A stretch of DNA of 63,996 bases, filler included, from Aduncisulcus paluster (GCA_024181965.1; 12 parts of 12 records of this genome joined end to end with filler, not necessarily neighbours in it), one strand, 5' to 3'; shown: positions 46,621 through 59,112, numbered from the whole stretch's first letter. Translations and numbers: made by a program. The notes: generated by a model not told the origin, from the letters alone.

Positions 46621-49600
46621 TGTGAATACAATATAATGTGTATCTTCCGTGAGCACGCATATGCTTATAAGGCTTATTCATCAGCTGGAATTGAACAGAA
46701 GACTAAATCGAAAGATCTTGCAGTGAAGACTCGAATTGCTCTCTTGACTTCCCAAGACGATATTCAGACAAAAATCGATGAGTTGGCTGATAAAATTGCC
46801 ACTAGTGAGAATTTAATCAAACAATATGAAGATGAGAAGGCCTTTCTGCACCCCAAGAAGAGAGAGTGTCAGAGTAAGATCAAAGATTGCCAAATGGATA
46901 TGGAAGCCGTTGAGAGGCAGGTCCAGGCCAAAGAGCGACGAATCGGTGATCTTAAAAAAGATTTAAGCAGTAAGCATAAAGAAATATCACGTTTGCAAGG
47001 CATAATCAAAAGTTCCCAGAGTGCCATTGAGAAGATTGAGCATTCCTTCCTGTTATCGAGAGCAGGACGTGATGAGGAGGATGAGTCGTCCGAGGAAGAG
47101 CTTGAGGAGGATCTTAACCCCCCTGAGAGGCCAGATGAAGATGAGTTTGAGGAGATTGATAAGGAACGTATTACTATGAGAAATGCTTATAAGAATGCCC
47201 TTGACCAGAGAAATTCATGGGCCGAGAGAATGAGTAATGTTCAGAGCAAAATCAAAGAAGATGAACTCAACATATCGGAATGCAAAGGTTCCATCGTTGA
47301 GCTTGAAGCGGTGTTGAAATCCTTAAAGAATCCAAGGAAAAGACGCGTTCCCTCAGAAGAGTCTGAGTCCATTCATTCGGCTCAATCTTTCAAACGTAAG
47401 ATGGGAGGTGGAAAGGCCCCAACCCCTTCTGTAGATCGCCATCCTTCTTCGCCCACCTCTGACATCTTTGGTGTCTCTGCACACATGATCATACCCAACA
47501 TGAGCAGTTTATTCCCCATTTGCAGAAGAGTATGCCGGAATAACGGTGGCAAATGTATATGTGTGTTCCCTCTGGCATCTCACTTCCGTGTAAAGCATGA
47601 ATTCCGTAAGTTTGCTCCGGTTATTGACAATCTTATGATATTCCGTAATTTGCATAAAAAGGCCTTCATGCGTCGAGATAAGTATGATGCGTTCAGAAGG
47701 GAATGTAATAGAGCGCATGTGCGTATTCCAGATCAAATTGAGATGATCAATAGCCACGTCCATCTGGACTCGTGGCCTGCTTCCTTAAAGATAGGTCACA
47801 CAACTGTCTGTCCAATCGGAGCCATGCTTGACTTCGAAGACGAGGAAGTGAAAACATTTTTCCTCACAACTGGTTTAGGAAATATTTATTTCGCTCCCCA
47901 TGAAAGGGCTGCACGATCCTTGATTGATGCTTCATCGGATCGATTTACAAATGTTTTTGATATCCAGGATGCTTTTATGATCGAGAAAAAGGGATCTAAT
48001 ATCTTTACAAATCGAACTCAGTTCGCTAGGATGCTCAAGATGGGAAAACAAGAAAGGTTGGAGATATCACCTTCATTGCAAACAACTCAAATACTTGCCG
48101 AAGAAGAGGATGAAGATGACGAGGAGGCCGAAGAGAGGAGGAAAGAAGCCATTCGAAGGCTTGAGGAGGAACAGGAAACTAATTTGAAACACAAGATTGC
48201 GAGTACGGAAGCTCAGATTGAAAGTCAGCGAAAATCTATTCTCCGTTCGGAAGAAAGAATTGCCACATTATCTCGTGAGCTGCCAGAATTTGAAGAGAAC
48301 ATTGCTAAGTGTCTCAAGGAACGTGATAAATATAGAGATGCGATTTCATCTCTTAGGGAGAAACATATGGCATTCAAGAAGAAGAAAAAGGCATACGAGG
48401 CGAGTCTCTTACGTTTATCCGAAAGGAGAAGAGAAATCGAAGCCAAGGCAAGGAGAAAAGGTATTAATATAGAGGATTTGGAGCGTGAAAGGGATGAAAA
48501 ACTTGAGGTTGAAAACAGAAAGATTGAGGATGCTGAGCGGAATATAACTGTTCGTGAACAAGCTCTTGGAATGACAAAAGAACGTCTTGTTGAAGCTGAG
48601 AACGAGCGTATGGAACTCCATGCGGAGCTTGAGAAGAAGAAAGCGAGTCTTCATGAGGTTGAAGAGGCTTCTCGTGATGTCGTTCAATCTGTGCACAGGT
48701 TGAATATCAAATACCAGAGTGAAACAAAGAGTGTTTTGAGAGACAAGAGTAAGAATGATGAGCTAACTGGAGAATTGGGTAATATCAAGAGGGATATTGT
48801 CGCTCAAACGGAACTTATTTCGCAGAAGGAGAAGAGATTGCGAGAAGGGAAGAAGAAACTTAATGAGACCATTGATAAGCATAATAACGAGGTTAGTCGT
48901 ATCTTTGCAAAGCTAGCTTCCAATATTGCCGAGCTTCAGTCAACACTCGGTGAAGATTTCGATACTTCAAGTCTTGTTCTGCCTGCGGTACCCTCAATGG
49001 TATCGATCACTCTTGAAAAGCTAACAAATGATGATCCAACTGCAGGCGAAGAGGAAGAAGAAGATGATGATGCAGAAGGTGGAGATTCGTCCGATAAACG
49101 TCGCTTTAAGACATATTCGAGTCTCAACCTGAATAAGTTGGAGAAACATGTCAAAGAGTACCGCCATAAGCTTGAGAAAACCGAAGAGGGTGAGTCCCAG
49201 GCTGATCTCCAAGAGAAACTTAAAGAAAAGCAAAGTTATTGTGCCCGAATCAAGCAAGAGAAGAAGACTGGTGTGACTCAACATCAGACAATGGTTGTTC
49301 AATGGGAAGAAGTCTGGAAAGGGATGAATAATCTTCTACATTCACATGCACAGGCCATTAGAAGTTATTTCTCTCGACAGTTCTCTGAACTTGGCCTGAA
49401 ACAATCATTCAAATATTCCCCCCCTGTGTGGAAACCAAAGCTGAAATCTGCACAGGAAGTAGTGGAGAAAAGAGGTGAGTTTGTGTATATGAATGAAATG
49501 GAATTGTTGAAGGCTGGTTCACTCGGGTTTGTTCTTGCTGATCGAAGGGATAACACATCTTTGAGTGGTGGTGAACAAGTGTACACCTCATTGTGTTTCA

Positions 49601-49845
49601 TCACCGCTTGTTGGTATGTATCCCATGTGCCCTGTGTCATGGTGGATGAATTGGATGTGTTCTTGGACCATCGCAGGGCTACAAAGGCGTGGAAGATTAT
49701 TTATGAAAGCACTAGAAAAAAAGACATGTGTCAGTTTGTGTTTATTACACCGAACGAAGTCGATTTGGCAACAGTTGGGGTGAAACAGAAGGAATTGAAG
49801 GAAAGGATCAATGTCATGAGACTCAAAGCTAGTGGACAAAGGTAA
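46621..49845 (+). CDS. SMC6: Structural maintenance of chromosomes protein, SMC6-like, 5'-partial
   Basis: Coiled coil-hinge-coiled coil; C-terminal LSGGEQVYTSLCF..ACW...PCVMVDELDVFLD and QFVFITP. Confidence 0.85.
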   Translation, partial: CEYNIMCIFREHAYAYKAYSSAGIEQKTKSKDLAVKTRIALLTSQDDIQTKIDELADKIATSENLIKQYEDEKAFLHPKKRECQSKIKDCQMDMEAVERQVQAKERRIGDLKKDLSSKHKEISRLQGIIKSSQSAIEKIEHSFLLSRAGRDEEDESSEEELEEDLNPPERPDEDEFEEIDKERITMRNAYKNALDQRNSWAERMSNVQSKIKEDELNISECKGSIVELEAVLKSLKNPRKRRVPSEESESIHSAQSFKRKMGGGKAPTPSVDRHPSSPTSDIFGVSAHMIIPNMSSLFPICRRVCRNNGGKCICVFPLASHFRVKHEFRKFAPVIDNLMIFRNLHKKAFMRRDKYDAFRRECNRAHVRIPDQIEMINSHVHLDSWPASLKIGHTTVCPIGAMLDFEDEEVKTFFLTTGLGNIYFAPHERAARSLIDASSDRFTNVFDIQDAFMIEKKGSNIFTNRTQFARMLKMGKQERLEISPSLQTTQILAEEEDEDDEEAEERRKEAIRRLEEEQETNLKHKIASTEAQIESQRKSILRSEERIATLSRELPEFEENIAKCLKERDKYRDAISSLREKHMAFKKKKKAYEASLLRLSERRREIEAKARRKGINIEDLERERDEKLEVENRKIEDAERNITVREQALGMTKERLVEAENERMELHAELEKKKASLHEVEEASRDVVQSVHRLNIKYQSETKSVLRDKSKNDELTGELGNIKRDIVAQTELISQKEKRLREGKKKLNETIDKHNNEVSRIFAKLASNIAELQSTLGEDFDTSSLVLPAVPSMVSITLEKLTNDDPTAGEEEEEDDDAEGGDSSDKRRFKTYSSLNLNKLEKHVKEYRHKLEKTEEGESQADLQEKLKEKQSYCARIKQEKKTGVTQHQTMVVQWEEVWKGMNNLLHSHAQAIRSYFSRQFSELGLKQSFKYSPPVWKPKLKSAQEVVEKRGEFVYMNEMELLKAGSLGFVLADRRDNTSLSGGEQVYTSLCFITACWYVSHVPCVMVDELDVFLDHRRATKAWKIIYESTRKKDMCQFVFITPNEVDLATVGVKQKELKERINVMRLKASGQR

Positions 49846-50252
49846 GATTCATAAATAAATACAATTCTAATAGAATTTCTATCGATTCAATCGATTGCTT
49901 AAGCATTACGTTGTAATTACGAGTAAATTATAAGTGAATCAATCTGAAATCATAAAGAGCGACTTGGCAAGAGATATTCTTCAATTCTAAAATCACAGAA
50001 ATTAGAGTTCACATCAAACAAGAACAAATATGGATATGTAAACACTGAGCAAAGAAAAGAGTAAGATATCAAAGGTTAAATAATGTTGTTCAAAGTCTTG
50101 AGAAAAAAAATAATAACACTCAATATCGAATACTGTACAACGTAAACAATGAACATAAAAATGATTTGAAAAGCATAACAAAGTATGGAGTATAATTTGT
50201 CACTACTACTATATAATGGAGGTGCAAGATCGAGAGAGCTATCATAAACTAC

Positions 50253-50786
50253 TTACTCTTTTCTAAGTTCATTCCGGATCATGAGACGGAACATTTCCTT
50301 CATTTTATCAAATTCGTCCCTCACGACTTTCCTGACTTCATCGCGTACGACTTTCCTAACCTCTTCGCCCATCTCTGCTCTTGTAACGATTTCAGAGAGA
50401 GGAACCGCCATTGCACGCAACTTGAGGGTTTTGCCTTGCACACTGAGCTCTGTGGGATACTCAATTTCTTTCCATGTGGCGGGAATCGAAGAAACAGGAA
50501 GGCCATCGGCGTCTTCGGGAATAGAGGCCCTAGAACGCAATGAAGAAGAGAAGGCGTGTGCAGAAGTGATGGATCGTGGTGGAGAAGCTCTGTCAGGGCT
50601 TGGAGAGTCATCTCTTCTCTCTGAAGGGAGCGTGGAAGCCAGGCTCTTTCTTACACTACTCTCTCCACTCGTAGTCTTGGGAATCATGTATGGACTGCCG
50701 TGTAACGGATTGGGATGTTGAACTATGCTTTCTGCCCGTGGACGAGTTGGAGATGAAGCCAGTTGAGCTGTGTATCTAATATGCTC
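50253..50786 (-). CDS. Hypothetical protein, 5'-partial, with EVRKVVRD octapeptide duplication
   Basis: Open from the contig end to TAA 50253; convergent with SMC6. Confidence 0.5.
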   Translation of the reverse strand, partial: EHIRYTAQLASSPTRPRAESIVQHPNPLHGSPYMIPKTTSGESSVRKSLASTLPSERRDDSPSPDRASPPRSITSAHAFSSSLRSRASIPEDADGLPVSSIPATWKEIEYPTELSVQGKTLKLRAMAVPLSEIVTRAEMGEEVRKVVRDEVRKVVRDEFDKMKEMFRLMIRNELRKE

Positions 50787-50886
50787 NNNNNNNNNNNNNN
50801 NNNNNNNNNNNNNNNNNNNNNNNNNNNNNNTTAATTAATTAANNNNNNNNNNNNNNNNNNNNNNNNNNNNNNNNNNNNNNNNNNNN

Positions 50887-52058
50887 AGAAAAAGTTCCAA
50901 CATCGCGTGTGAAGAAGGTGGTCGGTGGGATCACCTTGAAGGAAGCACGAGAATTGGCAGCGAGAGACCAAGAAGAATACGAAGTAGAAAGTATTTTAGA
51001 TTGTAAGAAGGACGAAGAAGGTGATTGGAAGTTCCAGGTAAAATGGTCTGGATGGCCCAAGGAAGACGCTTCTTGGGAATATCCTGAGACGCTGAAGGGC
51101 TTGGATGAGTTTTCTCTTTTCTTGGAGAGCCATCCTGAGCTTAAAGTCGACGTCGAGAGATATTTATCCGACCGGAAATAAGGAGGAGAAGACTGGAGAA
51201 AAAATTTGTTTTGTTTTGTTAAGGAAAAAATATTTTTATTTTATATTCGTATGTCTTGTTGATAGTGCTGTTGATCGCGCGGTATTATGTTGTGAACCTG
51301 TAAGGGGTTCTCTGTATGGAAGGAAATTGTGAGTTGGTAATTGTTGACGCTTTGTTGTTGGAATGAGTTTCTGAGATTGGAAAATTAATCTCTTAATTAT
51401 ATTACTTTTATTTTGTCTATTAAGTTTTCGAGAATCGTCTTTTTAGTTGCATTTGAGGTGGACTCAAAACCCTTGTTTTGTTTGCATCTTTAATTTCTTT
51501 AGAAATGTTTTTTGTATTTCTTTGAGCCTAGTGGAGGAACTCCATAGTAATAATATTGTTTTTATTTTTTATTCGCTGGATCGAAAATTAGAGTTCGTCA
51601 GAAGGTGTTCGAAAAGTTAGTTTTGAAACCTTCGAGTTGGAGACTCATATTTCATGTAGGATTAGTGCTGAACTATTAGTGTATTAATTGTTGATTGAAA
51701 TTGTTGTGAGGGTCTTAATTGTTGAGAATGAATCATCTTGTGAATTAGTATATAATAATTGTATATACTGGTTATAATGATATTATTATGGATAACGTTA
51801 TTGTTCTATTATGTTTTGTTAAGTTAAGCTTCCTGTTTCCAGGAGTTATTGAGTCTTAAAGGGAAAAAGGGAAGGATGTTATGGCCCAAAGATATTATTT
51901 TGTCCGATTAGCTTGTTATAGTCTAATCGTCAAGGCGTCACCTTGGTGATTGCCTGGTTGTTGGTTCAAACCCCACCTTGTGTAATTTTATGAAAGTCCG
52001 TAAGGAAGACTACAGCCTTGTCATAAGAATGACGTGACAAGTATTGAAGAGAGTAACA
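50887..52058 (+). mobile_element. 3' end of a chromovirus-like Ty3/Gypsy LTR retrotransposon
   Basis: Chromodomain ORF, about 680-nt untranslated region, polypurine tract AAAGGGAAAAAGGGAAGGA (51858-51876) immediately followed by TGTTA...TAACA (51877-52058). Confidence 0.7.
50888..51181 (+). CDS. Chromodomain at the C-terminus of a retrotransposon integrase, partial
   Basis: EEYEVESILD...FQVKWSGWPKEDASWEY; preceded by VPTSRVK, resembling the integrase-tail HxSRLK motif. Confidence 0.75.
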   Translation, partial: EKVPTSRVKKVVGGITLKEARELAARDQEEYEVESILDCKKDEEGDWKFQVKWSGWPKEDASWEYPETLKGLDEFSLFLESHPELKVDVERYLSDRK

Positions 52059-52106
52059 TATTATAGTAAATTGTGCTCACCACAAGAATTTTATTTTCCA
52101 GGAATA

Positions 52107-52800
52107 TTACACCATTGTAATAGCATTTGTCTTGGAGCTGTTGGGGATTGTCTCTTCTCCTTGGCGATCAGCTAAGTGTAGTGATATTCCTGTACACGTA
52201 CAGATATGGCAATGTCCACCAACTGGAGTTCCAGCAAATTTGGCTCGCTGTGGAGAATCAGCAATAATAACAAGCAAATTTCCAATTATAATTTCATCTG
52301 AAGTGTATCAACCTCTTTCGAGCTCTTGAATATCCTCTTCTATTATCATAGCAGCTGTACCATGGGGATCTAATACTCTCACCTCATCAATCATTCCTAT
52401 TTCAAGCAAATTCTCGTTCAACACTCTTTTTTTCAGGGGAAGATTTCCAAACGTTGCCTTCAAGGCCAAATGTCTCACTTTGCCACTCACACTCACTCCA
52501 TCCGCATAATACATCACCAAAACAAACCTCCACTCTTTCCTCCACAACTTATTCTTCACCCATTCATTATCACTCTTCTTCTCTTTTCCTTCTCTTTCAA
52601 CTTCTTTTCCAACTTCTTTTATGATAAGTTCACATTCTCTCCCTATTTTTTTCATTTCTTCATCAGCACCCATTCCTCTTTCCAACTCCCCTCTCAAAGT
52701 ATCGACTCTTCCACAGTCAATTCCCAGCTCTCGGCATATACACGCGAACGAATTCAATATTTTTTTCCATCTTTTCACTCTCAATTCCCTTGCCCTCCTC
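52107..52800 (-). pseudogene. Decayed CACTA/EnSpm- or Plavaka-like transposase fragment
   Basis: VMYYADG...TFGNLP.KKR..NENLL.IGMI...EEDIQELERG, TGA at 52310-52308, then in the same frame LLVIIADSPQRAKFAG....GHCHIC. Confidence 0.6.
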
Positions 52801-52902
52801 NNNNNNNNNNNNNNNNNNNNNNNNNNNNNNNNNNNNNNNNNNNNTTAATTAATTAANNNNNNNNNNNNNNNNNNNNNNNNNNNNNNNNNNNNNNNNNNNN
52901 TC

Positions 52903-54852
52903 AAGGGAATTCAAGGTCTGTCAACCCCTGCGAAACTCTTCCAAATGCATGAAGCAGATCGGTTGATTCAGCGAAAGAAAGAGAAGAACGATGGGAGAAG
53001 ACCTTCCTTATGTGTTGGAGAAGAGCAATCACTTCAGACAACTCTTTCTGAAACCCCTCCCATTTATTCCTCCATTCTTGATATGCATAGAAGCAATCGG
53101 TGTGACTCTGGGGATAAAAATAGATCTGGTCCTTTCTCTGATAACTCAAAGATTGAGTATAGGATTAATGCTGTCCAATACGTGATTGAAGAACAAAAGA
53201 AAGGCAGATGTGAACGTGCCATGTGTAACTGGAAATCTATCATGTGTATGGTTCTTGGTCTTTTCCGTGCCGACAGGAGTGGTGTTGGTGTGAAGAATCA
53301 AGCTGAAGTGATTGTCGGTGGGATTGGGTTATGTCATAACATGCTAACTGTTCGAGGCATTAAACGTCTGAGTGGGATTCGTGGAACTCCCGGAATGGAC
53401 GGAGATAATAGTATTGTGGATGGAGAATCACAATGTCTTAACGTAATCAATCCGTCACAAACAGTGACTCCAGATGAGGATGATCGTGTCGCATACACAA
53501 TGGCTCGGCTAGTAGCTACACAATGGGGAAGATTTGTGCGAGCAAAGACAACCATTCAGGGTCAGTTGGTAAGAATTATGCATCGATTTATGATATTCGA
53601 AGAGATGATGAAAGAATTGCAACCTGTGATCTCATTGGATAATTTCTTTAAAGATTCAACAAACTCCACTCGAATTGAAGTGTTGGCCGATACTTTTGAC
53701 ATTGACATGTCTGTCCTCTCTATTGAAGAAAGGAAGGAGTTGTTTTCATCCTCTCTTGAATATATTTTCAGTGGAAACATCCATCCATCGATTTCAAAGT
53801 TGGCTGATTGTGCAAAGAGTCGTGCAAAAGAATTCATGTTTAATGGATCACAGGCTTTCCATCCCCATGGAGTTCTTTTGACTTCCTCTGCTCGTGATAC
53901 TCCATTCTTTTCTACACTGCCTCCCATGAGTTCATCTTCATCATCAATGTTCCCTCCGACTTTGATCGAGGCTTCATCCCAAATGTGTAAGACAATTATG
54001 GACAAGCCAATGAATTCCGAACAACAGATCGTCATACCTCGTCCACATACTGCTGGGGTGTCTCAGCGAAGAACTGTTCCTGCCAGGTCACGCACACACA
54101 AATCTGGGGCTGTGAGTGTGAGAGGAGGGAGACGAGGGAGAAGCTATACTCTGTCAAGCTCACATGTTACCGTTACAATTCCCCAGCCATCTACGACCGA
54201 AAGCTTATCTGACATGCACATCATCACGGATAGAGATTCCATCGGGGATGACAAACAACTCTCATTCGTTGCACATCCACCATCTGGACCCCATGTTTCA
54301 TCTTCCAAACCGAAGGCAAAGACTAAATCACGAAAGCAGAGCCGTGGGGAAACAAAGAAAGAAATGCCAAAGAAGCGATCAAACTCTGCAAGGAATCGTC
54401 CCAAAATTCCTGATAATCGGTTTGATGACTGGGACATTGCCCAGAAGAAGAAGATGGAGGAGCGAAAGAAACTGAAAATGAAGAAGAAGAAAAGATCATC
54501 GACCTCTCTCTCAAAGAAATCCTCCGTGGAATCTCAGGCAGAAGAAGAAGAGTCTTCAAGTTCCTCAATCCCCAACAAGTATGCCGTTCCCATCCTTGCT
54601 GCCGCACGTGCCAAGCATCGTGTGAAGCAGAAACAGCTTGAGACTTCTCGCCGTCAAGAGGAGCAACTTCGTCGGTCCTCATCATTTTCGATTCGTGAGA
54701 AGCAAAGAATGGCTTTATTCCTTCTGGAAGGTGTTCATTCGCATGATGTTGATTATAGTGTGAGTCTACAGCCCTTGCAAGGAGATGCATATGGGTGTGT
54801 CCGTCCACGAGCTGTGAGTGTTGGGCATGTCGTGAGGGCTGCAGATTGGAAG
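52903..54852 (+). CDS. Hypothetical protein, partial at both ends, with basic low-complexity C-terminal half
   Basis: Open frame across the whole contig. Confidence 0.65.
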
Positions 54853-54952
54853 NNNNNNNNNNNNNNNNNNNNNNNNNNNNNNNNNNNNNNNNNNNNTTAA
54901 TTAATTAANNNNNNNNNNNNNNNNNNNNNNNNNNNNNNNNNNNNNNNNNNNN

Positions 54953-57121
54953 CTTGGATATTTTACACAGGAAAGAGGTCATGTCATTAAGGAAATCAAT
55001 GATGGATGGACACACTGTTTTTGTTTCAGATTCAACCGCTTTAGATCCCTTCTTTCCCTTCTTTCCCTTCTTTCCCTTAACTACATCTCCACCACAAACC
55101 TTCTCAAAACTCTCGACAAAACTCTCAACAACCGTAAAAACATAGAATACACACAGATAAGCGGTGGGGATATGGTATTTATAGATGGATGCAAAGCCCT
55201 CGAAGGATTTGAACAAGGAAATGACGGTTGTGAATTGAGGGGAGCCAGAGACAAGAGAAAGGGGCTTTAATTCTGAATATAGATGGCCTAAAGAGCAGCA
55301 ATGGTTGACCTCGCTCTTTTCAAACTGAGAAAGAGCATGTAGCTGGGCCTTTCTCATCTCCGGAAGGCGATAAAGCACATATTTGAGTAGGATATTGACA
55401 CATGTCATCCATAGTTGGCTTATGGATTGTTCCTCACACACACAAGGAACAAAAGACACCATAACATCCGAGCAAATGATAAGATCATACAAATACATAC
55501 ATGAGCATGGACAGACAAATAAAAAGGTCTCAACGAGTGTTAAGATCGATTCAGAGAGAATAAAACCGATTGAACAGCTCTTGCAATACTTAATAATGCT
55601 GGGAATGATGCCAACACAGAGAGATAGAGCAGACGACTCTGAGAGAGAAAGACAGATAATATGAACAGTCTGACAAAGCTTTTGAAATAGATCCTTACTC
55701 AATAAACCGAGATGTAAAAGCTCTTTGGAACCCTCTTCTTCATCAGGTACTGGGATAGAGCCATCAGAATTGTTGAGGATCAAAGAGAAGTCACATATAA
55801 TGCCTGTCCAGATAGGAAGATAAGAACAAGCTGACGTGAAGAGAGTACTTGGTGTGCTCATCGATAAAATAGTGATAACGGACAAGAAAGAGGACAAATA
55901 CTTCGAAATGGTCGACGGATGGTATACGGGTGTCTTGAATGTCTCTTTCACATCTTCAGACTTGTCCACGTCATCAGATATCTCTTCTTCACCATGTATT
56001 TTATCCTCAACCCATGTCTTGAGGAGATTATGGAGAACAGGAAGTAGGTGACTCCCAATGTTGCACACGCATTCACAGATCTGTCCACAGAATTGTTCAA
56101 GTCGAGAAACATCTCCATAAGAACTCAAAGAGATCATTGTACTCTCAATTATCCGGATAAGATGAAGGGTAAGCGTCAAAGAGAAAGGAATATCATCCTT
56201 GGCCCCAACAGCACCTTTCTTAGTTCTGGTGATGGCTCCATCCGGTGAAAATCCACATATGGCACATATCTCCGGCCAAAGAGGCAAGATTCTGGAGTAT
56301 GCAAAATATGTAGAGTCACAATTGACAGTAGATTCTTCAGTAGCCAAGGATTTAAGGGAAGGTATAGGGATAGACCATGTAGAGAGGTCTTTAGAAGAAG
56401 TTAATAGAGAATATTGCATTAAATCTAAACCACTAACTGAGAATTTAGAGATAATTTGGGTCATATCACGAGTTTCAGAAGAGCCAGATTGAATTCCTTC
56501 AATTTCTCTTCTAAGTCCCTCAATAAGGCGATCGGCCTGACATACAAATAAAATATTATGTATATTAACCGAAGAATCCTGAGAACAACAATTTAATGTG
56601 AATCTGGAGACAGATAGCGACATCAAAGATCTGAGACTTGATGGAGAATGCAAATCGAAAGGAATATCTTTCTTACCAGTGTCTAAGGTAGGTTCTACCT
56701 TTGTAGGATGAATTTCTGATGCAGAATCTTCAGTTTCGGAGGGAGTAGGATAAATAGGAAGGAAATACCAACCAGGCTCCATAGACAGTTTAATTTTTCG
56801 ACTTGATATAGTTGTACCATCATCACAACTAGCTTGAAAATAAATAACAGGAGATGATTCGATATCTCCATCTTTTGGAGAAGAATCAAAGGAGACATAA
56901 ATCAAAGCCCCTTTAATTGAGGTGGAAGCTTTTAACTTCATATCAATACGCTCTAAATCGCATAAAGATATATATTTCGATGAAGCAAATGGAGGATTAA
57001 ACTGCTCACATTCAAGAGATTCAGAGTTCTTTGTAAGTGAGGCTAGTTCTGGAATAATAGAAAAGAAATTAGATTCCTTTGGGAAGCCCCATTTTGGATC
57101 AGGTGAAAATAGTGGTTTCAT
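54953..57121 (-). CDS. Hypothetical protein: divergent copy of the recurrent domain followed by an alpha-helical region, partial
   Basis: IKGALI...FQASCDDG...RKIKL..PGWYFLPI...IHNILF, then about 500 aa of helical sequence. Confidence 0.65.
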
Positions 57122-57234
57122 AATTATGTGATCANNNNNNNNNNNNNNNNNNNNNNNNNNNNNNNNNNNNNNNNNNNNTTAATTAATTAANNNNNNNNNN
57201 NNNNNNNNNNNNNNNNNNNNNNNNNNNNNNNNNN

Positions 57235-59112
57235 AAGTGGGAATCAACAGAGTCTTCATCAGACAGAGGGATTAATGTATCAAGATCGGGCACGAAGGAT
57301 CGACGATGTTCTATCACTTGGTCATGTTCATCCTGCACTCGTTGAGCAACAGACACAGATTGTCCAGCAACTCGGACAGACAAAGCACTGAGTTCACTCT
57401 GGAGGGATGTGCAAGTACGTTCCAACATCGATCCTTGCTGATCAGAATGTTGACGATGTTGACCAATGAGGGAAATGGTATCTTCAAGCTGTTTGGAATG
57501 ACCATCGAGATCTGATCGATGCTCAGAGATTGTTGTCTTGTGTTTAGAGATTGTTGTTTGCAGTTGAGATGTGGTACTAAGAAGGGTTGTGATCTGTTCT
57601 GCTTGAGTATGAATAAGGGACTTACAAGAGGAGATTTCAGACATCTGTTTGTGGATGGTTTCCTCTTGCTTCCGAATAACATCACCTTGAGTGGTAATTG
57701 TTGTCTGAAGGGAGTCAATTTGCTTCTTGTTGTCTGAAAGTTGACTAACAAGAGAATCAATCTGTTTGCCAACTTGATGTCTCCATTTACGTGTAATTTC
57801 TTCTGGGTTGCCAATAAAACGGATACCTTTGATACTATTCTTATTATGGGTCCCACCCCAAGGTTCTTGAATCAAAATTTTACAAGATACAACGTTGGAA
57901 AGATCCACAGAGAAAGATGCCCAGAAATTCATTTTTTCGAACAACTTTTTTTCTGGATCCGTTCGTTTAGCAATTTCATATTTCTTAACGATCCTCTTTC
58001 CAGAAGAATCTGTGAATGTAGCATCAAATCGCTTGATTCCATTTATATAATTGTGAATTAAAAGACAAAACTCCCCAATATAATGAGGAGATGTGAAAGG
58101 AATATATAGGGAGGGGAAGAAACAGAGTTTTCCCTTCCCAGCTAAAAATTTTTCCAAATCAGATTGTCCATGTCCATTAGTAAACCGACAAAATGCCTTT
58201 GGAACATCAACCATAACAACTTGGGGGTGATCAACAGGATATGGACCACATAATACCTTACCATATGCCTTAGAATCCAAGTCTGACAAGTGACCTGGGT
58301 AAATTTCCATGCATTCTCCTGGAATACATGGTTGATCGATGAATTCAAAGTCTTTTGTGAGGAATCGGATGGAATATAAACGGCTTGATTCAACAACACT
58401 CCCATCCCAACATTTGAGGCTTTCAAGGTCACATTGCACAATATCATCCAGATCTACAGGAAAAAGTTGCCAAGAACATTTCCCTAAGTACGTTTCATAT
58501 TCATATTCCTTGACAACCTTTTCTCCAGAGGAAGTGGTGAAGATAGCATTGAATTCCTTTACACCTTTGAGAGCTTCATGGTAATAACTCACACAAAAAT
58601 ATTGAACATTATGTGGACTAACAAAAGGAAAGTGAATTTGCTTCTGGAATTCGATGTAGCCTTCAGTATTTGACAAAAATTGTTTCATATTAGCTCCACC
58701 AAGATGCTTATCAACCGAAGCATGTTCTTCATCAATTTTAACAAGTTCAGAAGGATGGATGGGGAATGGATCGGTGTAAAGGTGGGGAGAATCAGCATAT
58801 TTGCATTCTTCTTTCTGTTTCCGNNNNNNNNNNNNNNNNNNNNACACAAAAATATTGAACATTATGTGGACTAACAAAAGGAAAGTGAATTTGATTCTGG
58901 AATTCGATGTAGCCTTCAGTATTTGACAAAAATTGTTTCATATTAGCTCCACCAAGATGCTTATCAACCGAAGCATGTTCTTCATCAATTTTAACAAGTT
59001 CAGAAGGATGGATGGGGAATGGATCGGTGTAAAGGTGGGGAGAATCAGCATATTTGCATTCTTCTTTCTGTTTCCGATTATATCGAAGTAATTTCCCGGT
59101 TATTTTCTCCAT
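57235..59112 (-). CDS. Hypothetical protein: two tandem recurrent domains plus a long coiled coil, 3'-partial
   Basis: Continuous after collapsing the gap duplication 58591-58823/58844-59076; heptad Q/T/S-rich tail. Confidence 0.75.

Noticed and set aside
51930..51980. GGTTCAAACCCC as a tRNA T-arm
   Set aside because: No cloverleaf can be built; it lies inside the putative LTR
52160..52190. GCTAAGTGTAGTG resembling U2 snRNA
   Set aside because: Lacks U2 stem I spacing and an Sm site; lies antisense to the transposase remnant
52308..52310. In-frame TGA as stop-codon reassignment or selenocysteine
   Set aside because: TGA terminates conserved genes here (E2, nitrilase); a nonsense mutation in a dead transposon is simpler
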